The notes under the pieces are model-generated. The model saw only the letters and a program-made list of their open reading frames with translations, was not told the origin of the DNA and made no database searches. Both the position numbers and the translations under genes were made by a program. Shown one piece after another: positions 19,347 to 28,922 of a stretch of DNA of 64,000 bases. The first letter of the stretch is position 1. Each line of letters begins with the position of its first letter. The stretch is taken from NCBI GenBank assembly GCA_033763315.1, contig JANRKS010000040.1, positions 192,001-256,000 on the forward strand, written 5' to 3'. The stretch comes from Deltaproteobacteria bacterium. GTDB taxonomy: Bacteria > Myxococcota_A > Polyangia > Fen-1088.

Positions 19347-20037
19347 CGGCTTTGTAAGCACCGTGCTGCGGATTGCGGCAAAAGATCTGCGCATCGAATG
19401 GCGCAACCGCGAGATCACCACGACGATGGGGTTCTTTGCGATCTTGATGGTGCTGATCTTCGCGTTTGCGTTTGTGAACCCAGCGGGAGACGCGCTGGCC
19501 CCCGAAGTGACGGCGGGCGTCTTGTGGGTGGGGCTGCTGTTTTCAGGCACCATCGCCTTGGCCCGCACGTTTGATCGTGAACGGGATCTCGAGGCCGTCC
19601 GCGCCTTGCTGCTTTCACCCGCGCCACGCGCGGCCATTTACCTCGGCAAGCTGGTGGGCGTGGTGTTTTTGATGCTCATCGTTGAAACCGCGGTCACGTT
19701 GCTTTCGGCCGTGTTCTTCTCGGCCGCGATCGGGCGTCACGCCGCCTGGTTGGCCGGGTTCTTGGCCTTGGGTACTGTGGGTTACGCCGCCGTAGGAACC
19801 GTGGTATCCGGCGCGCTGCTTCGTTCGAAAAGCCGCGACGCCTTGATTGCCGCGCTGTTGTTTCCCTTGGTTACGCCGCTGGTGATGGCCGGCGTGCGTG
19901 GCACCAGCATGTTGCTCAATCCCGAAACGCCCGATCCTGAATCCATCGTGTTTTGGACGCAGTTTCTGGTGGTGGTTGATGCCGTGTTCCTGCTGATCGG
20001 CCTGTGGGCGTTCGAGCCGGTGATCTCTGGCGAGTGA
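19333..20037 (+). CDS. ccmB: Heme exporter permease CcmB
   Basis: KDLRIEWR, FDRE, IYLGK, LLFPL..PL; multi-pass membrane protein. Confidence 0.9.
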   Translation: MPRPNGFVSTVLRIAAKDLRIEWRNREITTTMGFFAILMVLIFAFAFVNPAGDALAPEVTAGVLWVGLLFSGTIALARTFDRERDLEAVRALLLSPAPRAAIYLGKLVGVVFLMLIVETAVTLLSAVFFSAAIGRHAAWLAGFLALGTVGYAAVGTVVSGALLRSKSRDALIAALLFPLVTPLVMAGVRGTSMLLNPETPDPESIVFWTQFLVVVDAVFLLIGLWAFEPVISGE

Positions 20038-20139
20038 GCCGTGGCCGACGTTGGCCGCACCGAAGCGTTCCTATAAAACGCCGGGGCCGGGAATGCGCGA
20101 CGTGGCGAAAACAGTTATGATGCAACTTCTGTTTTTGCC

Positions 20140-20862
20140 ATGTCGCCCTCAAGCCCAACCTCGAAACCCACATCGTTAGGCCCCTGGCTCATTACCGTCG
20201 CTGTGTGCGTGCTGGGCTTCGCCTGGGTGCCGCAGATGATCGTGAAGGCCCCGGTTGAAATGACGATGGGGCCCGTGCAGAAGATCTTTTACTTTCACGT
20301 GCCGTGTGCGTGGCTCCTGATGCTCTCGGTGTTCGTGTGCGCCGGCGGCAGCGTGGCTTATCTGTTTAAGGGCTCGGAGGCCGGCGATCGGCTGGCGCGG
20401 TCAAGCGCCGAGTTGGCTGTGCTGTTCGGCATTTGCGTCTTGGTGACGGGACCACTGTGGGGCCGCGTGGCGTGGGGTGTTTATTGGCAGTGGGACGCCC
20501 GCCTCACCAGTTCGTTGCTGTTGTGGCTGATCATGGTGGCTTATCTGCTGGCCCGGCGTTATGGCGGCCCGGCCTCACGTAAGTTGGCCGCCGCTCTGGC
20601 GCTGTTCGCGGCCGCCGACGTGCCATTGGTTTATGTGAGCGTGCACATCTGGCGCACCATTCACCCGAGCACGTCTGTGGTGCCCACGTTGGTGCCTGCG
20701 ATGCGCGCCGTGTTTTGGACGTCGTTTGCCCTGTTCACCGTGCTGTGGTTTGTGCTGCTGTCTGTGCGGCTGCGGCTTGAACGTTTGCGCGGCGAGATCG
20801 ATGCATTGACAATCGACGTTGAAGACCTGATCGAAGCGAAATTGGAGACCAAACGCTCATGA
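20140..20862 (+). CDS. ccmC: Heme exporter / cytochrome c assembly protein CcmC
   Basis: FYFHVP, WGRVAWGVYWQWDARLT (WWD), RTIHP. Confidence 0.93.
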   Translation: MSPSSPTSKPTSLGPWLITVAVCVLGFAWVPQMIVKAPVEMTMGPVQKIFYFHVPCAWLLMLSVFVCAGGSVAYLFKGSEAGDRLARSSAELAVLFGICVLVTGPLWGRVAWGVYWQWDARLTSSLLLWLIMVAYLLARRYGGPASRKLAAALALFAAADVPLVYVSVHIWRTIHPSTSVVPTLVPAMRAVFWTSFALFTVLWFVLLSVRLRLERLRGEIDALTIDVEDLIEAKLETKRS

Positions 20863-21146
20863 AACCCATCTTGTCTTTGGCCGCTTTCGTCTTGCGCCGG
20901 TCGTTGCCGTTGCTGGCGGTCGTGGCAGCACTTTTGATCTTACCTTGCCAACTCGCTGTGGCAGCCGATTACGCGAAAGTACCCGACAGAGATCCCACGA
21001 CGATCGCGGCCAACCCGTTCATCGCTGGTGCGTACGGCTTCATCTGGGTGGCACTCCTCGTTTACGTGGTGTTCGTGGCGCGTGGCCTGCAGAAGGCGTC
21101 AAGCGAAGTAAAGTCGCTGCAGCGCAAGCTGGATCAACAGGCGTAG
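20859..21146 (+). CDS. CcmD-like small membrane protein
   Basis: AYGFIW..L..YV TM helix followed by a charged coiled tail; ATGA coupling to ccmC; extra N-terminal signal-like helix. Confidence 0.6.
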   Translation: MKPILSLAAFVLRRSLPLLAVVAALLILPCQLAVAADYAKVPDRDPTTIAANPFIAGAYGFIWVALLVYVVFVARGLQKASSEVKSLQRKLDQQA

Positions 21147-21155
21147 CGTCCTGCC

Positions 21156-21356
21156 ATGGATGTGCCTCCCTCATCGCACTTCATCTACATCCCCGTCATG
21201 TTGGTGCTGGGGATCGTGCTGGGGTTTGTGATGGGCAGCCGCGCCACGCGCGATCAAATTCGCATGGACGAGCAAAAGGCGGCCGAGCGCGAGCGCAAGA
21301 AAGCCGCGCGGCGAGCGGTTGTGGCCGACTCCACGCCTGACGATGCCACCAAATAG
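21156..21356 (+). CDS. Small membrane protein, hypothetical
   Basis: HFIYIP..LVLGIVLGFVMG TM helix and a basic tail; in the ccm operon. Confidence 0.6.
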   Translation: MDVPPSSHFIYIPVMLVLGIVLGFVMGSRATRDQIRMDEQKAAERERKKAARRAVVADSTPDDATK

Positions 21357-21374
21357 TTTTGACACAACCAAGGC

Positions 21375-21403
21375 TTGACCCCGGCGCGGCCTAGGGAAAG
21401 ACT
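21375..21403 (+). promoter_or_regulatory. Putative sigma70-type promoter for the peroxidase gene (probably leaderless)
   Basis: TTGACC-17 nt-AAGACT, ending 7 nt before ATG 21411; no SD sequence. Confidence 0.45.
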
Positions 21404-21410
21404 GCGCGTC

Positions 21411-22466
21411 ATGAAGATGCGGAACGTGTTGTTGTTAGGGTTGTGCTTAAGTGGCTTGGGTGCGTGCAAACAAGAGCCGCCGCCCGCGCCGCCCGTTGAA
21501 ACGAAGCCCGCGCCGCCGCCCCTGCCGCAAGTGCCTCCGGCCCCGCCCTTGCCCGCCACGCCCCAAGGCCTGCCTGACATGGAAGTGCCGGCTGAGGCGG
21601 CGTTGACGCCAGAGAAGGTGGCCCTAGGCAAACAACTGTTCTTCGACAAGCGCCTTTCAGGCAACGCTTCAAAGAGCTGCGAAAGTTGCCATCAACACGA
21701 CAAGGCGTGGACGGATGGCTTGCCGCTGTCAGAAAAGGGCAACGGCCAATTGAACACACGCCATTCGCCCACCATGTACAACATCGGTTACCAGCCGCAT
21801 TGGTACTGGGATGGCCGCGCCAAAAATTTGGAGGCACAAGCCCTCGCGGCGTGGAAGGGCCAAGTGGGAGGCGATCCCGATAAAGTGGCAGGGTTTCTTT
21901 CCGACATTCCGCTTTACAAGGTGCAGTTCCAGAAGGTGTTTGGATCACCGCCCACCGCGGACACCATCTCAGCGGCCTTGGCGGCGTTCATGCGCACGCT
22001 CAACAGCGGAGGGTCGGCGTGGGACAAGCATGAAGCGGGCGACGCCGAAGCTGTGGATGCAGACGTGATCGCTGGGTGGAAAGTGTTCCGCGACAAAGCC
22101 CACTGCACTTTGTGCCACGTGCCGCCGTTGTTTACAGACATGCAATTTCACAACATTGGCGTCGGCATGGAGGCCAAAGAGCCCGACATCGGCCGCGGCA
22201 AAATCACAAACGACGCCAAAGACACGGGCGCCTTCAAAACGCCCACGCTGCGATCAATTACAAAGAGCGGCCCCTATTTTCATGATGGCAGCGTGGCCAC
22301 GCTGGAAGACGCTGTGAAGTTAATGTTGGCGGGTGGCAAGAAGAACAAGAACCTGGATCCGAAGCTCAAGAAGGTGAATTTGAACGCCAAGGAGTTCGGG
22401 CAGCTGATGGCGTTCTTGCGCTCGCTTGAATCCACTGAACCGTTTGAGCGTCCGGCGTTACCGTAA
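21411..22466 (+). CDS. Diheme cytochrome c peroxidase/MauG family lipoprotein
   Basis: Lipobox LGAC; LGKQLFFDKRLS, CESCH, WDGRA, CTLCH, FKTPTLR, PYFHDGS. Confidence 0.9.
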   Translation: MKMRNVLLLGLCLSGLGACKQEPPPAPPVETKPAPPPLPQVPPAPPLPATPQGLPDMEVPAEAALTPEKVALGKQLFFDKRLSGNASKSCESCHQHDKAWTDGLPLSEKGNGQLNTRHSPTMYNIGYQPHWYWDGRAKNLEAQALAAWKGQVGGDPDKVAGFLSDIPLYKVQFQKVFGSPPTADTISAALAAFMRTLNSGGSAWDKHEAGDAEAVDADVIAGWKVFRDKAHCTLCHVPPLFTDMQFHNIGVGMEAKEPDIGRGKITNDAKDTGAFKTPTLRSITKSGPYFHDGSVATLEDAVKLMLAGGKKNKNLDPKLKKVNLNAKEFGQLMAFLRSLESTEPFERPALP

Positions 22467-22480
22467 GTGCGGAATCCGAT

Positions 22481-24646
22481 TCAGGGCCGCGGTCGCGTGC
22501 GGCCCAGGATCTCCAACGCGAAAGCCTGCCAACCAACGATGGGATTCATGGGCGCAGGCACCATGCGATCAAACACCTGCACCTGCGTCCAGCCTTCAGC
22601 GGGCCCCGCCATCGCCGATGAATAACAATCGGGTCCGTTGAAGATCCCGAACGGCACCTGTGGAAAGCGGGCGCTGTGGTTGCGTAAGCTCATGCGCTGC
22701 CACACGTCCACGGCTTCGTTCCACAAGCCCTCTTGCGCAAGCGCCCACACGGCCCAATAAACGGTTTGCGGCCAAATGCCGCCGTTTTCGCCTTCGCCGG
22801 CGGGCAACACGGCAAACGAGAAATGCGGCGGCGGTGGGCTGGCGTAAGGACGCGACAACAGCGTAAGCCCGATCGTCGAAGCGTTCAGCTTCAACATCGC
22901 ACGCAACGCTTGCTGGCGTTGTGCCGGTGTGCCGATCTTGCCAAGCGCAGCCCACACTTGGCTGTTCAGATACAAACGATCATCGCCAAGCGGCGCGCCC
23001 TCGTCGTCGTAGCCCATGAGGAACCACTGGTTGTTCCAAGCATGGGCCGCAGCCGCGCGTAATTGCGTGGCGAACGCAGAAGCTTCATCGGCCAACGCCG
23101 CGGCGCCACGCTTGCGTGCCAGAACGGCGAAGCCCTCACACGCGCGCACTGCCATCGCCGTGTTCATGAACGATTCGCCACGCCCTTGGCGCCCCACACG
23201 CGAAAGGTAATCATTCCAGTCGCCATCCTTCATCAACACCAAACCGTGCGTGCCCACGCCGATGTTGTGCCGCAGCCACGTGAAGGCGCGTGCCAGATGG
23301 TCGAAATAAGGTGCCGACGTGCCATCCCAAAACGGCAAGTCTTCATTGAACAGGTGCGGAAAATGCGCGGCTTGTTCGGCCGACGCCAGCAAGAACCAGA
23401 TCTCGCCGTCCGATTCAAAATGCATGTGGGCGAGATCGCGTTCCGCGCGTAGGTTTGTCGTCTTCGGAATGTCACCTGATTGCAGTTGGCCGCGCGCGAT
23501 CCACCGAAGCGCGTCTGCCGCTGCGGCGGGCGCAAACGGCGCCATCGCAAGCGCGTTCTCGGGCGCTTCACGCACGGGGAAACTCAGATACTCGGGGTTA
23601 TCTGGATTGCGGAACATAGAATAGCCACCCAGTTGGTAGTAGGGGGCGTTCGTGGAAGCGTCGCGGTTGCGAAACGAAAGCATCTGACCGAACGACCACA
23701 CGGCTTCATCGATCATCCACGCCGAGGGGGCCCACAAAGCTTGCACGCGCTGAAGCGGCGAAAGCCAAAGTCCCTTCATTTGCGGGAGCGGCACCTTAAT
23801 AGAGACTTCGGCCCACGCTTCATCGCCATAGCCAACCGACACAGGAACTGTGAAAGATTGCCCCGGCGCCAAATCGATCGGGACCGACAAACGCAAAGAA
23901 TGATCGCGCGTGCTGCCCGCCATGGACAGGGGGCCGCGCAGGTAAACGTTGCCCAGCGCCGGTGTCACCTTTGTAAAACGCGCCCGGCCTCCCGAGGATT
24001 CGGGATGCAAGGTCTTAACGAAATCTGCATAGGCCACGCCAGGCCGCACGAACACATCGCTTTGAACCACGAACGTGGCGTGAACCGATTTGGCGCCTTG
24101 GTTCGTTAGCGAAAATGATCCCGCAAGCGCCGTCACATCTTGCGGCACCGCAACCACTTCCTGCGTGAGCGCCACCCGCTGCCCCTCGATCACTGCGCCT
24201 CCTTCGTACGTGGCGTACCCCGTTCCGTAACGAATCGGGCCGCGTAGCGGCAGCTCGCTGTACGCCAAGCTGACGACGTCATTGGCCGTTTCAAGCAGCG
24301 CGAACAAACCGCCACGCGTGCGCGTGGTGACGGGCGTGATGGTGGTGGTGCCGCCTTCCGTGGTGATGAGCCTGATGTTGCCCCAACGATCTGCCAAGGC
24401 CCCTGCCCGCCCCGCGCTGATTAGGTGTGCGAACGGCGCGTAGGGCGCGGTGGCCAGGGCGCGCGGCTCAAGCTCGTAGGCGGGCAAGCCTTGCGGGTCT
24501 TTAAGCCAATGACCGAATCCCTCCTGTGGCGAGGTCTTGTGCGCTGGCGCGGGGGCACACGCCGTTACAAGCACAGACACGCCCATGAGGCAGCCGAGGC
24601 GACGCAGGCAAAACGGGAAGCAAAACGGGAAGATCAACCTCACCAT
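22481..24646 (-). CDS. GH94-like glycoside phosphorylase/hydrolase ((alpha/alpha)6 domain), possible lipoprotein
   Basis: G.HGL....GDWND, GES, LYLNSQVWA, GENGGIW; lipobox-like VTAC; start at 24646 or 24586 uncertain. Confidence 0.72.
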   Translation of the reverse strand: MVRLIFPFCFPFCLRRLGCLMGVSVLVTACAPAPAHKTSPQEGFGHWLKDPQGLPAYELEPRALATAPYAPFAHLISAGRAGALADRWGNIRLITTEGGTTTITPVTTRTRGGLFALLETANDVVSLAYSELPLRGPIRYGTGYATYEGGAVIEGQRVALTQEVVAVPQDVTALAGSFSLTNQGAKSVHATFVVQSDVFVRPGVAYADFVKTLHPESSGGRARFTKVTPALGNVYLRGPLSMAGSTRDHSLRLSVPIDLAPGQSFTVPVSVGYGDEAWAEVSIKVPLPQMKGLWLSPLQRVQALWAPSAWMIDEAVWSFGQMLSFRNRDASTNAPYYQLGGYSMFRNPDNPEYLSFPVREAPENALAMAPFAPAAAADALRWIARGQLQSGDIPKTTNLRAERDLAHMHFESDGEIWFLLASAEQAAHFPHLFNEDLPFWDGTSAPYFDHLARAFTWLRHNIGVGTHGLVLMKDGDWNDYLSRVGRQGRGESFMNTAMAVRACEGFAVLARKRGAAALADEASAFATQLRAAAAHAWNNQWFLMGYDDEGAPLGDDRLYLNSQVWAALGKIGTPAQRQQALRAMLKLNASTIGLTLLSRPYASPPPPHFSFAVLPAGEGENGGIWPQTVYWAVWALAQEGLWNEAVDVWQRMSLRNHSARFPQVPFGIFNGPDCYSSAMAGPAEGWTQVQVFDRMVPAPMNPIVGWQAFALEILGRTRPRP
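24609..24632. repeat. Perfect 12-bp tandem duplication (CAAAACGGGAAG x2)
   Basis: Read directly; encodes FPFCFPFC at the GH94 N-terminus on the minus strand. Confidence 0.85.
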
Positions 24647-24774
24647 GGAACCCTTGTTACCTTGAAACGCGAAGGCACGCACGCGCCAGGGGCCGCGGGC
24701 CGAGCCAAAGCTGCAGCCAGAACCAGGCACGCGTGCCGAAACCGGAGTATTCTGAACACCCGGAGGGTATTTCC

Positions 24775-25920
24775 ATGGTTGGTTTCGACTTTACAGAAGA
24801 GCAACAGCAACTCATCAGCACGGCCCGTGATTTCACGAAAAAAGAGATCACGCCGGTGGCGTCAGAGCTGGATGAGACCGGGAAATTCCCCGATGAGATT
24901 TGCAGAAAAGCTTGGGAGACCGGGCTGATGAATTGCGAATTGCCCGAGTCCCTCGGTGGGCTGGGGCTCTCGTGCCTTTCTCACTGCTTGGTGCTCGAAG
25001 AGATCTCCTACGGCTGCGTGGGCGTGAACACCACGTTGGCAGGCAACGCCCTTGCCTCTATGCCGCTGCAGATCGCCGGCAGCGAGGAGCAAAAGCGCAA
25101 CTACCTTGGCCGGCTGTTGGAAAAGCCGTTGTTTGCGGCTTACGCCTGTTCCGAGCCCGATGCGGGCAGCGATGTAGCCGGCATGAAAAGCCGTTACCGC
25201 AAGGTGGGAGACGAATACATTCTTACGGGGCAAAAGCGTTGGATCACCAATGGTGGCGTCGCCGATTTTTATGTGACGTTCGCGCGCGCCGAAGGCACCG
25301 ATCGCCACAAGGGCATCACGTGCTTTGTGTTGGATCGTAACCTCCCTGGCGTGTCGGTGGGCAAAAAGGAAAACAAGATGGGCCAACGCGCTTCAAACAC
25401 CACGGACGTGCTGTTCGACGAAGTGAAGTTGAACAAAAGCCATGTGGTGGGCGTGGAAGGCGAAGGCTTCAAAATTGCGATGAAGACCTTTGATCGCAGC
25501 CGCCCTTGGATCGCCGCGGGCGCTGCCGGTTTGATCCGCCGCTGCTTGGATGAATCACGGCAATACGCGCTTGAACGTAAGACGTTTGGCGTCGCCATCG
25601 CGCAACACCAAGCGGTGCAGTTCATGTTGGCAGAGATGGCGATCGCCCACGAGGTCACGCGCCTTCTGTGTCACAAGGCGGCCTGGGCGATCGACAACGG
25701 CCACATCGACTCGGTGGTTTCGAGCTACGCCAAAGCGTATGGCGCCGATGCAGCCATGCACGTGGCCACCGACGCCGTACAGATCTTCGGAGGCTATGGC
25801 TACACGAAAGAATATCCCGTGGAAAAGCTGATGCGCGACGCGAAGTTGCTGCAGATCTACGAAGGCACGAGCCAAATTCAACGCATGGTCATCGCGCGCA
25901 ACGTGCTTAGCGCCAAGTGA
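24775..25920 (+). CDS. Acyl-CoA dehydrogenase
   Basis: SEPDAGSD, GQKRWITNGG, QIFGGYGY.KEYPVEKLMRDAK..QIYEGT; GGAGG SD before ATG 24775. Confidence 0.96.
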   Translation: MVGFDFTEEQQQLISTARDFTKKEITPVASELDETGKFPDEICRKAWETGLMNCELPESLGGLGLSCLSHCLVLEEISYGCVGVNTTLAGNALASMPLQIAGSEEQKRNYLGRLLEKPLFAAYACSEPDAGSDVAGMKSRYRKVGDEYILTGQKRWITNGGVADFYVTFARAEGTDRHKGITCFVLDRNLPGVSVGKKENKMGQRASNTTDVLFDEVKLNKSHVVGVEGEGFKIAMKTFDRSRPWIAAGAAGLIRRCLDESRQYALERKTFGVAIAQHQAVQFMLAEMAIAHEVTRLLCHKAAWAIDNGHIDSVVSSYAKAYGADAAMHVATDAVQIFGGYGYTKEYPVEKLMRDAKLLQIYEGTSQIQRMVIARNVLSAK

Positions 25921-28900
25921 TGCACCCGGTTGCCCACGGCAGGGGCAGGCGGCGCTGGGGTTGCCTCACCATCGTTGGCGCCGTGGTGGCAGCGGCGCCC
26001 GCGTGGGCGCAGGGTCCAAGCGATCGCGTGCTGACGCCCGGCCCACCCCTGCCAGCCGTTTACGCTTTCGCACAAACGGCTGACGGGGCGCTGTGGCTTG
26101 GCGGCCAGCAAGGGCTCAGTCGCTTTGATGGCACACGCACCACAACGTTCGATGGGAACGTCATCAAAGGCCTGACCACAACCCAGGCGTTTCACCTGCA
26201 AGTGGATCGGCAGGGGCGCATTTGGTTGGGAACCGGCTGGGGCTTGCCGTCTTTGTTTGATGGGCCACCCTCCACGGGTGGTCTGCGCGGTGGGCCCGGT
26301 CTGTTTCGGAACGTCGGTGGCCGCTGGGACAACACAACGCTGCCCACAGCATCTGTGCAGGCGCTGTTCGCCGAACCAGGCACGGACAAGCTGTGGATCG
26401 CGACGGACGCGGGCCTGTGGAAGTGGGAGCCGGACAAACTGACCCGCGTGAAAGCGGCCGCCGAAAGCCAGTGGATCACCAGCCTCGTGGCGAACGAACG
26501 CGAGCTGTGGGTGGGCAGCACGCGCGGGCTGTTTCTTAGCGATGCAAGTGCCAGCACAGAGGCAAAGGTTTTGCTGACAGGCGCTGTCACGAAGCTTCTG
26601 CGTGCCACCGAAGGCGGCGTGTGGGCCGGAACAAACGATGGCTTGTTCCACGTTAGCGCCGAGGGACGTTCTCGCGTGATCGGGCTGCCCGACGAACACA
26701 TCCGCGATTTAACCTTCGATCGCGCGGGGCACTTATGGGTGGCCACGTTAGGCGGCGTGTGTGAAGCCGTGCAGGCGAACTGGAGCTGCTGGACCGAAGC
26801 CCACGGTCTGCCGGATCCGCGTGTGTTGTCTTTGTTTGTCGACCGCGACGACGTGGTGTGGTTGGGCACGCGGGCGGCCGGCACGGTAAAGCTGACGCCG
26901 AAGCGCGTACACAACGTGCGCCGCAACAACGGCCTCAATGGTTATGTTGCGCAAGCCATCTGCCCGCGCAAAGCCGGCGGCATGTGGGTGGCAACCGACG
27001 AGAGTTTGTCTTTGCACGATGGCTCATCCGTGCAAACGGTGCTGCGTTGGACCACGCCGCCACAGTGGATCTCGTTGGCCGAAGATGCCAAGGGCACGCT
27101 GTGGGTGGGGCGCGCAGACGGTTCCGTGTTCCGCGTGGTGGGCATGCAGCCGCACGCGGTGGCGTTCGACAAAATGCCCGCCAAAGGCATCCGCACGTTG
27201 CTGCCTGACAAGGCACATGAGCTGTGGATCGGCTGGACTGCGGGTGGAATCTCGAAGGCGACCTACACCTCCGATGGTCAATTGACCGTCACAGATACGC
27301 CACCAGGTGTTTGCCCTGGCAACGTGATGGGAGGCACGACGATGAGCGATGGCACGCGTTGGTTCACGATGGATCAAGGCGGAATTTCGCAGTGGCAGAA
27401 CGGCCGCTTTCGCTGCTTGTCGCCGCGCCCGCAAGATCCAACGCGCCGGCGGTTAAGTACGTTGGTGGCAGACGCCAACAACGACGTGTGGATCGGCAGC
27501 ATCAACGACGACGGCCTTTACCTTTACCATCAAGGGAAGTTCTTTCACGCCGACGAAGCGGATGGGATGGCTTGCGATTCGTTGTTCGCTCTTCTCGATC
27601 ACGGCGATGAATTGTGGACGGCCTGCGGCACGGGCGTGCAGCGGCTGCGGAAGGCCGAGTTGCTTGAGCGGCTACTCAAAGGCGGCCCTTTGCTGCGCCC
27701 CTTGCGCTTTGATGTAAGCGCCGGCATGGCGAGCCAAGAAACAACGTGGATGGGAGGCCCCACCGCGGCCTTCGACGCCGCCGGAAAGTTATGGGTCGCC
27801 ACCTTGTTGGGCATCAGCATCATCGACACGCGCGCGCCACTGCCTCTGCCGCCACTGCCGAAGATTGAAAGCTTGTTGATCAACGGCGTTGTCGACACCA
27901 AAGACGTTCCGCAGGTGCGCGCGTCTCACTTTACGGTCACCGCCTCGTTGACCACGGCGTCGTTGGCCGCGGAGGGACGCCTTTACCACCGTTACCGCGT
28001 TCGGGAAGCGGGGATTGACTGGCGCGCAGCCACGGGTGCCACGGTGACCTTGCCGTCGCTGCGTCCCGGCCTCTATACGCTTGAAGTGATGGCCGCCAAC
28101 GGCTTTGGCGTGTGGTCAACAAGCGTGGACAAACGACGATTCGTGCTGCTACGTCCCCTTTACCAAAACCCCTGGATGATCGGCGCTGTGTTGGCCTGTG
28201 CCGGTGGCCTGGCCTGGGTGTGGCGTCGAGCGCGGCAGGCGCGGCGCAATGAGCGCGTCCGGCTGTTGCGACAAGAGCGCGACCGTATGTCGAGGGATCT
28301 TCACGATGGCATGGGCCAAGGCTTCTCCTCGATTGGTTTTCATCTCGAAGCCATCGAAGAATCCCTCACGCAGGCACCGCAGGATTTGGCGCCCGTGCGC
28401 GGCCTGCTCAAGCGGACACGTGAGATTGTGGATCGCGCCCAAGCTTCGGCTCGCCAAGCCGTATGGGACTTACGCGATCTGCAGGATCAGACGCCGGATT
28501 TGGCGACGGCCATAAGGTCAATGGTGCGCACGCAGATGATGGGACGCAAGAGCCCACAGGTGAGTGTGAACGTAGGCAAAATGGAAGGAAAGCGCGACCT
28601 ATTTGCGGAGCAAGAGCTGGCACTGTTGGCGAAGGAGGCGTTAACCAACGCCTTGCGACACGCACAGGCGCACACGATCAGCATCGATCTTGAACGCGAT
28701 AGTGATTTTGTTCACCTGGCCATCAAGGACGATGGGGTCGGCATGAAGAACCCAGAACAATCGTTGGCATCTGAGGGACATTTCGGCATTCTTGGTATGA
28801 ACGAACGAATTCGACGCTTGGGAGGAACAATCAACATTGTGTCTTCTCCGGGGCACGGCACCGAGATCGCCGTGACGGTGCCCAACAACAAACCCAAGAC

Positions 28901-28922
28901 TGATAGCCACACCCATGATTGA
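25917..28922 (+). CDS. Sensor histidine kinase with periplasmic beta-propeller (Reg_prop) and Y_Y_Y domains, HisKA_3 type
   Basis: Many D..G.LW.GT repeats; PGLYTLEV.A; TM; ERDRMSRDLHD; EALTNALRHA; DDGVG; GILGMNER. Confidence 0.92.
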   Translation: MMHPVAHGRGRRRWGCLTIVGAVVAAAPAWAQGPSDRVLTPGPPLPAVYAFAQTADGALWLGGQQGLSRFDGTRTTTFDGNVIKGLTTTQAFHLQVDRQGRIWLGTGWGLPSLFDGPPSTGGLRGGPGLFRNVGGRWDNTTLPTASVQALFAEPGTDKLWIATDAGLWKWEPDKLTRVKAAAESQWITSLVANERELWVGSTRGLFLSDASASTEAKVLLTGAVTKLLRATEGGVWAGTNDGLFHVSAEGRSRVIGLPDEHIRDLTFDRAGHLWVATLGGVCEAVQANWSCWTEAHGLPDPRVLSLFVDRDDVVWLGTRAAGTVKLTPKRVHNVRRNNGLNGYVAQAICPRKAGGMWVATDESLSLHDGSSVQTVLRWTTPPQWISLAEDAKGTLWVGRADGSVFRVVGMQPHAVAFDKMPAKGIRTLLPDKAHELWIGWTAGGISKATYTSDGQLTVTDTPPGVCPGNVMGGTTMSDGTRWFTMDQGGISQWQNGRFRCLSPRPQDPTRRRLSTLVADANNDVWIGSINDDGLYLYHQGKFFHADEADGMACDSLFALLDHGDELWTACGTGVQRLRKAELLERLLKGGPLLRPLRFDVSAGMASQETTWMGGPTAAFDAAGKLWVATLLGISIIDTRAPLPLPPLPKIESLLINGVVDTKDVPQVRASHFTVTASLTTASLAAEGRLYHRYRVREAGIDWRAATGATVTLPSLRPGLYTLEVMAANGFGVWSTSVDKRRFVLLRPLYQNPWMIGAVLACAGGLAWVWRRARQARRNERVRLLRQERDRMSRDLHDGMGQGFSSIGFHLEAIEESLTQAPQDLAPVRGLLKRTREIVDRAQASARQAVWDLRDLQDQTPDLATAIRSMVRTQMMGRKSPQVSVNVGKMEGKRDLFAEQELALLAKEALTNALRHAQAHTISIDLERDSDFVHLAIKDDGVGMKNPEQSLASEGHFGILGMNERIRRLGGTINIVSSPGHGTEIAVTVPNNKPKTDSHTHD

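Noticed and set aside
24726-24737. Perfect palindrome GGCACGCGTGCC between the GH94-like and acyl-CoA dehydrogenase genes
   Set aside because: Single GC-rich 12-mer with no second copy seen; plausible by chance at this GC content
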